From an uncultured delta proteobacterium (GTDB lineage Bacteria > Desulfobacterota > Desulfuromonadia > Desulfuromonadales > JACZKF01): a stretch of 64,000 nt of DNA. The stretch lies in NCBI GenBank assembly GCA_963816395.1, contig CAWFKQ010000008.1:155113-219112 (forward strand). The letters run 5' to 3'. Shown here one piece after another: positions 32,965-43,280 of this stretch. The translations under genes were made by a program, and so were the position numbers. Position 1 is the first letter of the stretch; every line of letters begins with the position of its first letter. The notes beneath the pieces are model-generated. The model was not told the origin of the DNA. It searched no databases and saw only the letters and a list, made by a program, of their open reading frames with translations.

Positions 32965-34391
32965 GACGCCGGCTGCATCTACTGCTCAGTCTTTTTCTGC
33001 TGCTGCCCCTGCTCGGCTGCACCGGCCATCCGGCGGCGGAGAGTCCGGTCAGGAATCTCTCCTTTCCGCCCCTGGAGTTCCACGTGCCGCAGGTGGAGCG
33101 CCTGACGCTTCCGAACGGCATCCGCCTGTACCTCAAGGAAGACCATGAACTGCCACTGGTGGCGGTCACGGCCATGATGGGGGCGGGTTCGATCAGCGTG
33201 CCGGCGGAAAAAACCGGTATGGGGGCACTGCTGGCCGCCCTGCTGCGCACCGGCGGCGCCGGGGAACTCTCGCCGGCGCAGGTGGACGAGGCCCTGGCGC
33301 GGCTGGCGGCCAACCTCGCCGTCAGCACCGATACCTACACCACTAATTTCAACCTTTCGCTGCAGACCAAGGATCTGGACAGGGGGATGGCCGTTCTGGC
33401 CGATATGATGCGCCGCCCGCGGTTCGCTCCCGACCGCCTGGAACTGGCCCGGCAGCAGGCGATCGAGGCGGTGCGGAGGGAGAACGACGAGCCGGGCTCG
33501 ATCGCCTCCCGGGCGCTGATGAAAGCCATTTACGGCGACCATCCTCTCGGCCGCAGCCCCACCGTGGCCAGCCTCCAGGCGGTGCAGCGCGATGACTTGC
33601 AAGACTTCCACCAGCGGTATTTTCATCCCAACAACCTCTGGCTGGCGATTTCCGGGGATTTCCGGCGCGAGGAGCTGCTGCAGCTGCTCACCAGGGTTTT
33701 CGGCGACTGGCCGCAGGGGCAGTTCACCGCGCAGAAAATCCCGCCGGTCACCGCCGAACCACGGCCGGTGGTGCTGGTGGCGGACAAATCGATTCCCCAG
33801 ACCACCATCCTCATGGGTGAGCTCGGGATCGACAAATCGTCCCCCGACCTTTTCCCGGTGCGGGTGATGAACTACATCCTGGGGGGCGGCGGCTTCAACT
33901 CCCGCCTGATGAGTGAGGTGCGTTCCAATCGCGGTCTCGCCTACTCCGTCTATTCCTATTACCAGGTCGGCCGGCGCCTTCCCGGCCCCTTCATCGCCGG
34001 CACCGAGACCAAAACCAGCACCACCCTGGAAGCGGTACGCCTGATGCGGGAGATCATGGAGAAGATGCGGCAGGCGCCGGTGAGCGAAAAAGAACTGAAG
34101 CTTGCCAAGGAAAGCCTCATCAATTCCTTCGTTTTCGCCTTCAACAACACCCATTCCGTTGTCACCCAGCAGATGATCCTGGATTATTACGATTATCCCC
34201 CGGACTACCTGCAGACTTATCGCGACCGGGTAGCGGCGGTGACCGCCGAAGACGTACTGAAGGCTGCCCAAAAGCATCTGCACCCCGAACGGGAAAGCGT
34301 CGTCCTGGTAGGCGACCGGGAAGATTTCGCCGCCTCCCCCGCCAGCCTGGGCATGCCGGTCGAGCCGGTCAAGCTGAATGGAAACCAGTAG
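32961..34391 (+). CDS. M16 peptidase non-catalytic partner, lipoprotein
   Basis: LLGC lipobox; no HxxEH; SRLMSEVRSNRGLAY R/Y pair; ATGA overlap. Confidence 0.85.
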   Translation: MRRRLHLLLSLFLLLPLLGCTGHPAAESPVRNLSFPPLEFHVPQVERLTLPNGIRLYLKEDHELPLVAVTAMMGAGSISVPAEKTGMGALLAALLRTGGAGELSPAQVDEALARLAANLAVSTDTYTTNFNLSLQTKDLDRGMAVLADMMRRPRFAPDRLELARQQAIEAVRRENDEPGSIASRALMKAIYGDHPLGRSPTVASLQAVQRDDLQDFHQRYFHPNNLWLAISGDFRREELLQLLTRVFGDWPQGQFTAQKIPPVTAEPRPVVLVADKSIPQTTILMGELGIDKSSPDLFPVRVMNYILGGGGFNSRLMSEVRSNRGLAYSVYSYYQVGRRLPGPFIAGTETKTSTTLEAVRLMREIMEKMRQAPVSEKELKLAKESLINSFVFAFNNTHSVVTQQMILDYYDYPPDYLQTYRDRVAAVTAEDVLKAAQKHLHPERESVVLVGDREDFAASPASLGMPVEPVKLNGNQ

Positions 34392-34504
34392 GTGGCTCGC
34401 GGCAGCGCGGCTAACGAGCATAGCGAGTTACGGATTCGGTAATTTCAACCTCGCTATCGACAAGCCGTCATAGCCGGCACTGTTACCTCTAGCCCGCCTT
34501 AATT

Positions 34505-35120
34505 ATGGACCTCTTCCTTGCTTTCGCCGTGCAGCTGTTCATCATCGTCGATCCCATCGCCGGGGCGCCGCTTTTTCTCGCCATCACCCCCCGGAACACT
34601 TCCGCCGAGCGTCGGGCCATGGCCCGGCGCGGTTGCCTGGCGGCCTTTCCTGGTGATCGTCTTCTTCCTCCTCTGCGGTCCTTTCATCCTCGACTACCTG
34701 GGCATCCAAACGCCGGCTGTGCGCATCTGCGGCGGCATCCTGCTGTTCGTCATCGCCCTGGAAATGCTCTACGGGCGTTTTACCGGCACCGGCACCAGCC
34801 CGCAGGAAGAGCGTCTGGCGGGAGAGAAAGCGGATATCTCCATCACCCCCCTGGCCATACCCCTGCTCGCCGGGCCGGGCGCCATTACCACCGCTTTGAT
34901 CTTCGCCGGCCGTGCCCGGACCGTTCTTGCCTACCTGGCGCTGCTGGCCGCCTGCGCCCTGATCTTCGCCGTCACCTACTTTTCTCTTCGCCAGGCCGAT
35001 CTGCTGGTGCGGCTGATCGGCAATCTGGGGGCGGCCATCCTCACCCGGATCATGGGTCTGGTTCTGGCTTTCCTCGCCGTGCAGTACACGGTGGACGGCC
35101 TGCAGGCGGTTTTTCGCTGA
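34505..35120 (+). CDS. MarC family membrane protein (frameshift near 34645)
   Basis: IVDPIAG; PLAIPLLAGPGAITT; TRIMGLVLAFLAVQ. Confidence 0.85.
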
Positions 35121-35263
35121 AGGAGTTTTTCCGCGGGTCTGCAGTGGGCGGGAATGGCGAATCGTGCCGGTGTCTGGACGGTAAAGAATTTTAAACATTG
35201 AAAATCGCCCGGCTTGTGATCTAATTAACAATAATTTCTGTTATTTGCCTGGGAGGGAATGTC

Positions 35264-35671
35264 ATGCAGATGGATGTGCTGGCGCTCATCGCCACAATTG
35301 TTTTCGTGTTGATCGCTATCTTCCTGATTCCGGTTCTTCTGCAAATCAAGCAAACCATCCAGCGGGTCGACGAATTCGTCGGTCTGGCCCAACGGGACAT
35401 TCTGCCGCTGCTGCAGGAGATGCGGGAGACCTCGGAGAACCTGAAGAAGATTTCCCTGGAAACGCAACGGGATATGGTCAAGGTTCGCCCCATTTTCGAT
35501 TCGCTGGAGGAGACCGGGGAGATGGTTCATAACATCACCACCGTTATGAACAGCGGAGTCGGCCGGATGCTGGGCCGCTCCCTCGGGACCTGGCTGGGCA
35601 TGCGGGCGGCACGTAAGGCTTTTACTCATGAGTTGAAGGAAAAAACAAAGGAGGTAAATGGTCATGGCTGA
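35264..35671 (+). CDS. DUF948/YoxC-like membrane-anchored protein
   Basis: N-terminal TM followed by coiled coil; adjacent to YtxH. Confidence 0.65.
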   Translation: MQMDVLALIATIVFVLIAIFLIPVLLQIKQTIQRVDEFVGLAQRDILPLLQEMRETSENLKKISLETQRDMVKVRPIFDSLEETGEMVHNITTVMNSGVGRMLGRSLGTWLGMRAARKAFTHELKEKTKEVNGHG

Positions 35672-36056
35672 TGAAGACAGGAGAAACGGCGGTTCGACTT
35701 TTCTGACATTTATGATGGGCGCGGCGATCGGCGGCGGCCTGGCCTTTCTGTTCGCTCCCCGTTCGGGGGCGGAGACGCGGGAAATGATGCGGCAGATGGC
35801 CGATGATGCCCGCAATCGCGCGCGTGACGCGGTTGATGAGGCCCGCAATCGCGCGCGCGAGGCGATCGATGAGGCGGAAAATCGGGTGCGGCGGACGGTG
35901 GAGGAAGGGAGGGCCGTCTTAGAGGAGAAAAAAGCCGCTATCAAGGCGGCGGCGGAGGCCGGCCGCGAGGCCTACCACGAACAAAAGGAAGCGGTCATGG
36001 CGGCAGCCACCGCCGGTCAGCAGGCGTTACGGGCCGAACGCTCCGAAGATACCTGA
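35658..36056 (+). CDS. YtxH domain protein
   Basis: FMMGAAIGGGLAFLFAPRSGAETRE motif; 11-aa helical repeats. Confidence 0.85.
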   Translation: MVMADEDRRNGGSTFLTFMMGAAIGGGLAFLFAPRSGAETREMMRQMADDARNRARDAVDEARNRAREAIDEAENRVRRTVEEGRAVLEEKKAAIKAAAEAGREAYHEQKEAVMAAATAGQQALRAERSEDT

Positions 36057-36068
36057 TTAAATGGCTGT

Positions 36069-36102
36069 CGGCAAGCCCACCCGCCCGGTGGGCTTGCCGT
36101 TT
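36069..36102 (+). terminator. Intrinsic terminator after ytxH
   Basis: CGGCAAGCCCACC-cgccc-GGTGGGCTTGCCG-TTT. Confidence 0.65.
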
Positions 36103-36133
36103 CCTGTATTCTCTTTTCGTATCGTCCTGGTAA

Positions 36134-37615
36134 ATGGCCAGTCTCAAGGATAAGTTTCACCGGCTCCGGACCTTTCTGCGCCAGGGGATCTGGGAGGTCG
36201 AGAGCAGCGGCATGCCCCTCTCCCGCCGTCTTTTCCTGCGCCAGGGGCAGATTGTCATTCTGACGCTGCGGGAATTCTACGCCGACGCCTGCATGCTGCG
36301 GGCCTCCGCCCTGACCTATACCACCCTGCTTTCCCTGGTTCCCCTGTTGGCCCTCACCTTTGCCCTGCTCAGCGGCCTGGGGGTGCAGAAAACCCTGCAG
36401 CCGATCATCCTGCGCAAGATCACCGTCGGCTCGCAGGAGCTCGTCAACCAGATCATCACTTACATCAACAATACCAGCGCCAGCCGCCTGGGGGCGGCCG
36501 GGCTGATCACCCTTATGGTGACGGTGGTATTCCTGCTGCTCAACGTGGAGGACAGCTTTAATCACGTCTGGGGAGTCAAGGAAACGCGTCCGTTTTTCCG
36601 CCGCTTCGCCGATTACACGACCCTGCTGCTGCTCGGGCCGGTTTTTCTTTTCATCGCCATTTCCATGACCAGCACCCTGGAGAGCCAGTCCCTGGTGCAG
36701 ACGATCATGGGGCAGGCGGTGATCGGGCCGATCGTCATCTTTCTCTTCCGCGTTCTTCCCTACCTGCTGATGTGGGCCGTCTTCACCTTCCTCTACCTCA
36801 TCATGCCGAATGTCAAGGTGCGCATCCAGGCGGCCGTGATCGGCGGTATTTTTGGCGGAACGCTGTGGCAGCTGGCGCAATGGGGGTACGTCAGCTTTCA
36901 GGTCGGGGTTTCGCGCTACAATGCCATCTACGGCACCATGGCCGCTCTCCCCATCCTCCTGGCCTGGATCTATCTCTCCTGGCTGATCGTTCTGCTCGGC
37001 GCCGAACTGGCTTACGTCTGGCAGAACATCAATATCATCCGGCGGGAGATTCTCGAGGAGAAGGTGAATTTCGCCAGTCAGGAGAGGGTCGCGCTGACCA
37101 TTCTGGCTGCCGTCACCCGAGCGTTCGAACGCGGGGAGCGACCCTGGGGGATGGAAAGGCTAGCCGCCCGACTGGGCCTGCCGCCTCGCCTGGGACGGAT
37201 GGTCATCGGTGAGCTGGTCGCTCTTGGCTATCTCTCGGAGGTCCGCGACAGCGAAGATGAAGAGGAGGGTGAAACCTGCTACCAGCCGGCCCGACCGCCG
37301 GAGAAGGTCAGGGTAGATGAGGTGATCCAGGCTTTTCGCGGCAGCGGCGTCAGCCTTGGCCGCAAGGAACCCGCGCCTGAATGGAAGGTGGTGTGGGAGG
37401 TGGAAAACCGCATCAAGGAAGCATCGGCGCAGGCTCTCGATGGCATGACATTGGCGGAACTGGCGGAGGTCACGGGGAAGCGCAGGAGGCAAGCGGCAAG
37501 CGGGCAAGCGGCTAGCGGCAAGCGGCAAGCGGCACTACCTCACTACCTCGCTACTTACTATCTCACTGTTTTCATACCTATGAGCGAGAACGCGCCGTTC
37601 TCCCAGACCGCATAG
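36134..37615 (+). CDS. YihY/BrkB family membrane protein with C-terminal winged helix; ORF tail runs through repeats
   Basis: RASALTYTTLLSLVPLLA; YNAIYGTMAALPILLAWIYLSWLIVLLGAEL. Confidence 0.85.
   Translation: MASLKDKFHRLRTFLRQGIWEVESSGMPLSRRLFLRQGQIVILTLREFYADACMLRASALTYTTLLSLVPLLALTFALLSGLGVQKTLQPIILRKITVGSQELVNQIITYINNTSASRLGAAGLITLMVTVVFLLLNVEDSFNHVWGVKETRPFFRRFADYTTLLLLGPVFLFIAISMTSTLESQSLVQTIMGQAVIGPIVIFLFRVLPYLLMWAVFTFLYLIMPNVKVRIQAAVIGGIFGGTLWQLAQWGYVSFQVGVSRYNAIYGTMAALPILLAWIYLSWLIVLLGAELAYVWQNINIIRREILEEKVNFASQERVALTILAAVTRAFERGERPWGMERLAARLGLPPRLGRMVIGELVALGYLSEVRDSEDEEEGETCYQPARPPEKVRVDEVIQAFRGSGVSLGRKEPAPEWKVVWEVENRIKEASAQALDGMTLAELAEVTGKRRRQAASGQAASGKRQAALPHYLATYYLTVFIPMSENAPFSQTA
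37487..37572. repeat. Heptamer tandem (AAGCGGC)n fused to octamer repeat copy 3
   Basis: About six AAGCGGC-like units, then CACTACCTCACTACCTCGCTACTTACTATCTCACTGTTTT (reverse complement of the motif at 19836 and 27450). Confidence 0.7.
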
Positions 37616-38279
37616 GAGTACTGCTCGATCCAGTCTCCCAGGCCGATGACCGTTCCCTGTTCCGTGGCGCGCAGCAGCGGGGTATGGAAATGGCCGGTGA
37701 CAACGGCCTGGTAGCCTTCGGCGAACCGCTCCCGGGCATGCGCCAGCAGCAGGTCCTCGGGAAGCCAGCGTTGCCGCTTGGCGGTATGGCCGCGGCTGCT
37801 GAGGCGACTGCTCCGGCAGGCGATCTCCCAGATGAGGTCAGGGGGCAGCAGGAAAGTCAGCAGACGCAGCGGCCGGCTGCGCAGCAGGCGCCGCAGCAGG
37901 CGGTAACCCCGGTCGGCGGGGTTCACCAGGTCGCCATGGGCGATGAAGATCCTCTGGCCGCCGATTTCCACGCCGCCGCCGGCGGGCAGGATGCGGCAGC
38001 CGAGAATCTCGCGGAAGTAAGGGCCGAGATGGAAATCATGGTTTCCCTCGACGTAAACGATGGCCGTGCCGCTCTCCCGCAGCTGACGCAGCGCTTCCAG
38101 CAAAGGGATGTAGGGGGCGAAGACGACGTGGCGGAAGCCGATCCAGAAATCGAAGATATCCCCCAGCAGGAAAAGAGTGCGGACGCAGCCGCGCTGCTCC
38201 TCCAGAAAGGCAGAAGCTGGCGGTAATTGGGATCTTCGGGATGGCGCAGGTGGGCATCGGCAAGAAAGATATCCTTCAT
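37558..38279 (-). CDS. lpxH: UDP-2,3-diacylglucosamine diphosphatase-like metallophosphoesterase (frameshift near 38210)
   Basis: FLADAHL, LLGDIFDFW, EGNHDF, AHGD, TGHFH, LGDW. Confidence 0.8.
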
Positions 38280-38293
38280 GGCGGTCAATATAT

Positions 38294-38410
38294 AGGAGGC
38301 GGGAGGCTGGAGGCAAGAGGCAAGAACCGGGGCGCGGGACGAGGCAACAGCGGAAAGCCTTGATCCTCGTCCCCGTCACCCGCATCCCTCGTACCGCGCA
38401 CCTCACCTCT
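38294..38410. repeat. Degenerate heptamer repeats in inverted arrangement between divergent genes
   Basis: GGAGGCG GGAGGCT GGAGGCA AGAGGCA ... GGACGAG then CCTCGTC CCCGTCA CCCGCAT CCCTCGT. Confidence 0.55.
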
Positions 38411-38492
38411 CCAGATTAAAACGGCCGGGGCGTTGCGCGACGGCCGATTTCGGGTATCCTTTGGATATTCTTTGCTTGGAAGGACGGGTCGG

Positions 38493-38897
38493 ATGACGGT
38501 ACGCGAACAGATCGATACTTTTCTGGCAGCGAATGCCTTCGGGGTAATCGGCGCCAGCCCGCGGCGGGAGAAGTATGGCAATAAAGTGCTGCGCTGCTAC
38601 CTGCAGAACGGTCGGCGGGCGGTGCCGGTCAATCCCACGGCGCAGGAGATCGAGGGGGTGCCCTGCGTGGCCAGCGTTGCCGACCTGCCGGCGGAGGTAA
38701 CCAGCATTTCGGTGATTACCCCGCCGCCGATCACCGAAAAAGTGGTGGAACAGGCGGTCGCCAGGGGGATCCGCAACATCTGGATGCAGCCGGGGGCGGA
38801 GAGCGCAACGGCGGTCGCCAGATGCCGCGAGAACGGCATCAATGTCATCGCCGACGGCAGCTGCGTGCTGGTGGTGCTGGGGTTCACAGAGCACTGA
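38493..38897 (+). CDS. CoA-binding (YccU-like) protein
   Basis: VIGAS...KYGNKV, VPVNP, IWMQPG. Confidence 0.85.
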   Translation: MTVREQIDTFLAANAFGVIGASPRREKYGNKVLRCYLQNGRRAVPVNPTAQEIEGVPCVASVADLPAEVTSISVITPPPITEKVVEQAVARGIRNIWMQPGAESATAVARCRENGINVIADGSCVLVVLGFTEH

Positions 38898-39013
38898 AAC
38901 GGCCCTTATTCGTTCACTACCCCTGCCTGGGATCACCCCCGCCAAATGAAGTTTTTCCCCGGCTTACGCCGGGAGGCCCATAAACGAGCCAATATCTAAG
39001 GAGGATTCAACCC

Positions 39014-39604
39014 ATGATTCAACTGCCCGATCTGCCCTATCCGAAAAACGCCCTGGAGCCGCATCTCAGCGCCCGCACTCTCGAATTCCACCATGACAAA
39101 CACCATGCCGCCTATGTCAACAAGGGCAACGACCTGCTCAAGGGTACCGATCTCGAAAACCAGGACATGGAGACGATCATCAAGAAGACCTTCGGCGACA
39201 GCGCCAAGACCGCCGTCTTCAACAATGTGGCCCAAGCCTGGAATCATGCCTTCTACTGGCAGTGCATGAAGGCGGGGGGCGGCGGCAAGCCGGGCGGCCG
39301 GATCGCCGAGAAGATCAACGCCGATTTCGGCAGCTTCGACAAATTCGTCGAGGAGTTCAAGGCGGCTGGCGGCGGCCAGTTCGGCAGCGGCTGGGCCTGG
39401 CTGGTACTCAACGGCAGCAAGCTGGAGGTGATGAAAACCCCGAACGCGGAAAATCCCCTGGTGAAAAACCTGAAGCCCCTGCTGACGGTGGACGTCTGGG
39501 AGCACGCCTATTATCTCGATTACCAGAATCGGCGCCCCGACTATCTGACCACCTTCGTGGATAAGTTGATCAACTGGGATTTCGTGGCGCAGAACCTCGG
39601 CTGA
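39014..39604 (+). CDS. sodB: Superoxide dismutase, Fe-type signature
   Basis: HHDKHH, NNVAQAWNH (Gln typical of Fe-SOD), FGSGWAW, DVWEHAYY. Confidence 0.9.
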   Translation: MIQLPDLPYPKNALEPHLSARTLEFHHDKHHAAYVNKGNDLLKGTDLENQDMETIIKKTFGDSAKTAVFNNVAQAWNHAFYWQCMKAGGGGKPGGRIAEKINADFGSFDKFVEEFKAAGGGQFGSGWAWLVLNGSKLEVMKTPNAENPLVKNLKPLLTVDVWEHAYYLDYQNRRPDYLTTFVDKLINWDFVAQNLG

Positions 39605-39625
39605 CCAGACCGGTCAAGGACCGGC

Positions 39626-39660
39626 AGGCCGTCGTTCCCGCAGGGGCGGCGGCCTTTTTT
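39626..39660 (+). terminator. Intrinsic terminator after sod
   Basis: AGGCCGTCGTTCC-cgca-GGGGCGGCGGCCTTTTTT. Confidence 0.7.
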
Positions 39661-39717
39661 AGTCCTGGAGGTCTTATTGGCAGGACCCTGAATGACCGAC
39701 TGAAACTGGAGGCTGAC

Positions 39718-40671
39718 ATGCGTTGGGCTGCCGTCGTGGTTGTACTGGTGCTTGCGACTTTCCTTTCCGGCTGCGCGATCATCAAGATCCCGCTCAATCC
39801 GCCGGTGCCTAAGCTCGAGGAGCGGGTTGTGGAGGGAGAAGGCCGGGCCAAGATCGCCATGGTGGATATCTCCGGCCTGCTCAGCCTCGACCGTTTCGGT
39901 CTCGACCGCTTCAGCAAGGAGCCGCCCCAGGTCGCGCGCTTCAAGGAAGAGCTGGATCTGGCGGCGGGCGATGACCGGGTGGTCGCCCTGCTGGTGCGCA
40001 TCGATTCGCCGGGGGGCTCGGTGACCGCCAGCGACATCCTCTACCACGAGCTGGAGCGGTTCCAGCGGCAGAAGAAGGTGCCGGTGGTGGCCTGCGTCAT
40101 GGACAAGGCGCTCTCGGGCGGCTATTACGTGGCTTTGGCGGCGCAGGAGATCGTCGCTCACCCGACGGCGGTGGTCGGCGGCGTCGGGGTCATCTCCTAT
40201 CGCCTCGATGTATCGGGGCTGCTGGAGAAGCTGGGGGTGCGCTCGGCCACGGTGCAGAGCGGGCCGCTGAAGGACTTCTGGTCGCCGCTGCGGGAAAGCC
40301 GCCCCGCCGAGGTCGCCATCATGCAGGAGATCGTCCATGATCTGAACCGCCGATTCCTGCAGCTGGTCAAGGAGAATCGGCCGGTCACCTCGCAGACCAT
40401 GCAGCTGGTGGCCAGCGCCCGGATCTTCGACGCCGGGCAGGCCCTGGAACTCAAGCTTGTCGACCGTCTCGGCTACCTGGAGGATGCCATCGCCCGCGCC
40501 CGGGAACTGGCCGGGGTCGAAGAGGCGAGGGTGGTCATCTACCGCCGCCCCGGGGCCTACGGGGAATCGATCTATGCCGCCGACGCGCCGCTGCTGCGCG
40601 AGTGGTCGGCGCTCGAACAGACGGCCAACGAGCTGCTCATGCCGAGTCTGCGTTACCAGGTTCTGCCCTGA
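39718..40671 (+). CDS. sppA: Signal peptide peptidase SppA (S49), lipoprotein
   Basis: LSGC lipobox; RIDSPGGS; ALSGGYY; SGPLKD. Confidence 0.85.
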   Translation: MRWAAVVVVLVLATFLSGCAIIKIPLNPPVPKLEERVVEGEGRAKIAMVDISGLLSLDRFGLDRFSKEPPQVARFKEELDLAAGDDRVVALLVRIDSPGGSVTASDILYHELERFQRQKKVPVVACVMDKALSGGYYVALAAQEIVAHPTAVVGGVGVISYRLDVSGLLEKLGVRSATVQSGPLKDFWSPLRESRPAEVAIMQEIVHDLNRRFLQLVKENRPVTSQTMQLVASARIFDAGQALELKLVDRLGYLEDAIARARELAGVEEARVVIYRRPGAYGESIYAADAPLLREWSALEQTANELLMPSLRYQVLP

Positions 40672-40771
40672 GGCGGTCGGAGGACTGGCAAGAAACTTCC
40701 CTTTTCCCCTTTTTGGCGATAAGATCCTCCGCCGAGCGCTGCAAACCTTTTGCCTTGAACCTGGTTTTAGA

Positions 40772-41221
40772 TTGTCTGAGCCTGTCCCCTCCATCCCCGA
40801 ACGCCTGCGTACCGGCCTGCTGAGCGGCCTGCAGACTTCCCTGAAGCTGATCAAGGTGGTGCTGCCCATCTATGTGGCGGTCGACCTGCTCAAGGGAACC
40901 GCCGCCATCGATGTGCTGGGCGGGGTGTTCGCTCCCCTGATGAAGCTCTTCGGACTCCCCGGGGAGGCCGCCTTTGCCTTTATCGCCGCTTTCCTGCTCA
41001 ACCTCTATGCCGCTCTCGCCATCCTGGTGCCGCTGCATCTCACCCCCTGGCAGGTGACCCAGTGCGGCCTGATGATGGGGATTGCCCATAACCTGCTGGT
41101 GGAAGGGGCCGTTCTCGGCAGCACCGGCGCCCGCGGCGGGGTGCTGACGCTGTGCCGACTGGCGATCGCCGCAACCACCGGCATCCTGCTGGAGGCGCTG
41201 CACCGGCTGTGGGTCACCTGA
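40772..41221 (+). CDS. Nucleoside-recognition (Gate) domain membrane protein, N-half (start uncertain)
   Basis: APLMKLFGLPGEAA...IAHNLLVE. Confidence 0.65.
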   Translation: MSEPVPSIPERLRTGLLSGLQTSLKLIKVVLPIYVAVDLLKGTAAIDVLGGVFAPLMKLFGLPGEAAFAFIAAFLLNLYAALAILVPLHLTPWQVTQCGLMMGIAHNLLVEGAVLGSTGARGGVLTLCRLAIAATTGILLEALHRLWVT

Positions 41222-41662
41222 TGGAAGCCCTGCTGACCGCCCTGCTCGGGGCACTGAAACTTTCCGGGAAACTGCTGCTGATCATCGTCCCCCTGGTGAC
41301 CCTCTTCGAGGTCCTGCGCCATATCCCCCTCTTTCGCCGGGCGGGAAAGGCGGTGGACCCGCTCATGCGCGGCATGGGTCTGACCCGCGATGCCGCCGTC
41401 CCCCTCTTCACCGGCATCTTTCTCGGCATCGCCTATGGCGCCGGCATCATCATCCGGGTGGCGCAGGAGAAACGGCTCCCGCGCCGGCAGCTGTTCCTCA
41501 TGGGGCTGTTCCTCGCCACCTGCCATGCGGTGGTCGAGGATACCCTGATCTTTGTCGTCATCGGCGGCAACGGCTGGATTATGCTGGGGGTCCGGGTGCT
41601 GATCGCCGTCCGGGCTGACCGCCCTGCTGGCCTACCTCTGGCGTCGGCAGGAGACCAGATAG
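41221..41662 (+). CDS. Nucleoside-recognition (Gate) domain membrane protein, C-half (probable indel near 41610)
   Basis: GIFLGIAYGAG, CHAVVEDT. Confidence 0.7.
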
Positions 41663-41810
41663 GCGACTGCCGGCGTCATTTCTCTCTCCTCGTCTCTGAA
41701 ACTCCATAAACAAATTTTCCTAATGAAGTATTAATTTCCCGCTCTCTCGATTGACAGATGGAAAATTAGAGATATTCAATTCAGCCATGAGAGGCTGGAT
41801 GAGAACCGGC

Positions 41811-43265
41811 ATGCTTCCGGAAAATCGGCAGGAAATGGCGTGTGGGGGGGAGGGCCGCCCCCTGTGCGTCGATCTGGATGGCACGCTGATTAAGAGCGAT
41901 CTGCTGATCGAAGGCTTACTCGCCCTGATCAAGGTCAACCCCCTGTATCTTTTCACTGCTCTCTTCTGGCTGGTGCGGGGCAAGGCCTGCCTCAAGGAAC
42001 AGATCGCCCGGCGTACGGACCTCGATGTCGTCCATCTGCCTTACCATGCCGATTTTCTGGAATTCCTGCGTAAGGAGGTGGCGGCTGGCCGCCGGTTGAT
42101 CCTTGCCACCGGCGCCAACGAGAAGCTGGCCCGGCAGGTAGCGGATCATCTGGGGCTCTTCCACTCCATCCTGGCCAGCGACGGCGGCTGCAACCTGACC
42201 GGCGTGGGCAAATTGCGGGCGATCCAGAAGGTCTGCGGAAGCGGCGGCTTCGACTACGCCGGCAACGCCGCGGCCGACCTGCCGCTCTGCCGCGGGGCGC
42301 GGCAGGTGATCCTGGTCAATGCCGGCCGGCGGCTCGCCAGGGGAGTGCGGCAGGCCGCCAACCTGCAGCGGGAGTTTGAGGATCGGCGGGGCGGAATCCT
42401 GCCTTACCTGCGCGCCATGCGCATGCACCAGTGGCTGAAGAATCTGTTGCTGTTCCTCTCTCTGCTCACTACCCACCAGTGGCATCAGCCGGCCCAACTG
42501 GCTGCCGCCGCCCTCGGCTTTTTCGCCTTCTGCCTCAGCGCCTCGGCCATTTACCTGCTCAACGACATGCTCGACCTGCCGGCGGACCGCCTGCATCCGC
42601 ACAAGTGCCGGCGGCCGCTGGCCGCCGGCGAGGTGCCGCTGCTGCACGGCGGCCTGCTGATGGCCGTGCTGCTGGCCGCCGGCCTGCTGGTGGCCGGCAG
42701 CCTGCCGGATCCTTTCCTCTGGGTGCTGCTGGTCTACCTGGGGGTGACCGTCGCCTATTCCATCTACCTGAAGAAGGTGGTGATCATCGACGTAGTCGTC
42801 CTCGCCGGGCTTTACACCGTTCGGGTGATCGCCGGTGCCGCCGCCATCGACGTCGCCCCCTCTTTCTGGCTGCTCTCCTTCTCCATGTTCATCTTCTTCA
42901 GCCTGGCCCTGGTCAAGCGCTATGCTGAGCTGCGGGCGCTTGCCTCCACCCGGCGCACTGCCGCCGGCGGCCGCGATTATCGCCGTTCCGACCTTGGCAT
43001 CCTGTACAGCATGGGGACGGCGAGCGGCTTTCTCTCCATCCTGGTCTTTGCGTTATTCATCAACAGCCCCGAACTGGCGCGGGACTACGCCCATCCGGAA
43101 GCCCTTTGGCTCATCTGCCCGGTTCTGCTCTACTGGATCGGCCGCATCTGGGTGAAGGCCGGGCGCGGCGAGATGAACGAGGATCCCCTGGTGTTTACCG
43201 TCAGGGACACCGGCAGCCGGCTGGTGCTGCTGATCTGCATCGTCATCGCCCTTCTGGCCCAATGA
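41811..43265 (+). CDS. HAD phosphatase-UbiA prenyltransferase fusion (polyprenyl-phosphate phosphoribosyltransferase-like)
   Basis: CVDLDGTL HAD motif I; HQWLKNLL and YLLNDMLDLPADRLHPHKCRRPLAAG UbiA motif; ALVKRYAEL; EDPLVF. Confidence 0.85.
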   Translation: MLPENRQEMACGGEGRPLCVDLDGTLIKSDLLIEGLLALIKVNPLYLFTALFWLVRGKACLKEQIARRTDLDVVHLPYHADFLEFLRKEVAAGRRLILATGANEKLARQVADHLGLFHSILASDGGCNLTGVGKLRAIQKVCGSGGFDYAGNAAADLPLCRGARQVILVNAGRRLARGVRQAANLQREFEDRRGGILPYLRAMRMHQWLKNLLLFLSLLTTHQWHQPAQLAAAALGFFAFCLSASAIYLLNDMLDLPADRLHPHKCRRPLAAGEVPLLHGGLLMAVLLAAGLLVAGSLPDPFLWVLLVYLGVTVAYSIYLKKVVIIDVVVLAGLYTVRVIAGAAAIDVAPSFWLLSFSMFIFFSLALVKRYAELRALASTRRTAAGGRDYRRSDLGILYSMGTASGFLSILVFALFINSPELARDYAHPEALWLICPVLLYWIGRIWVKAGRGEMNEDPLVFTVRDTGSRLVLLICIVIALLAQ

Positions 43266-43280
43266 ACGGATAATCGAGAA

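Noticed and set aside
34392..34498. Possible ncRNA between the M16 genes and marC
   Set aside because: Looks like highly degenerate short repeats with a loose inverted arm; no recognisable RNA family.
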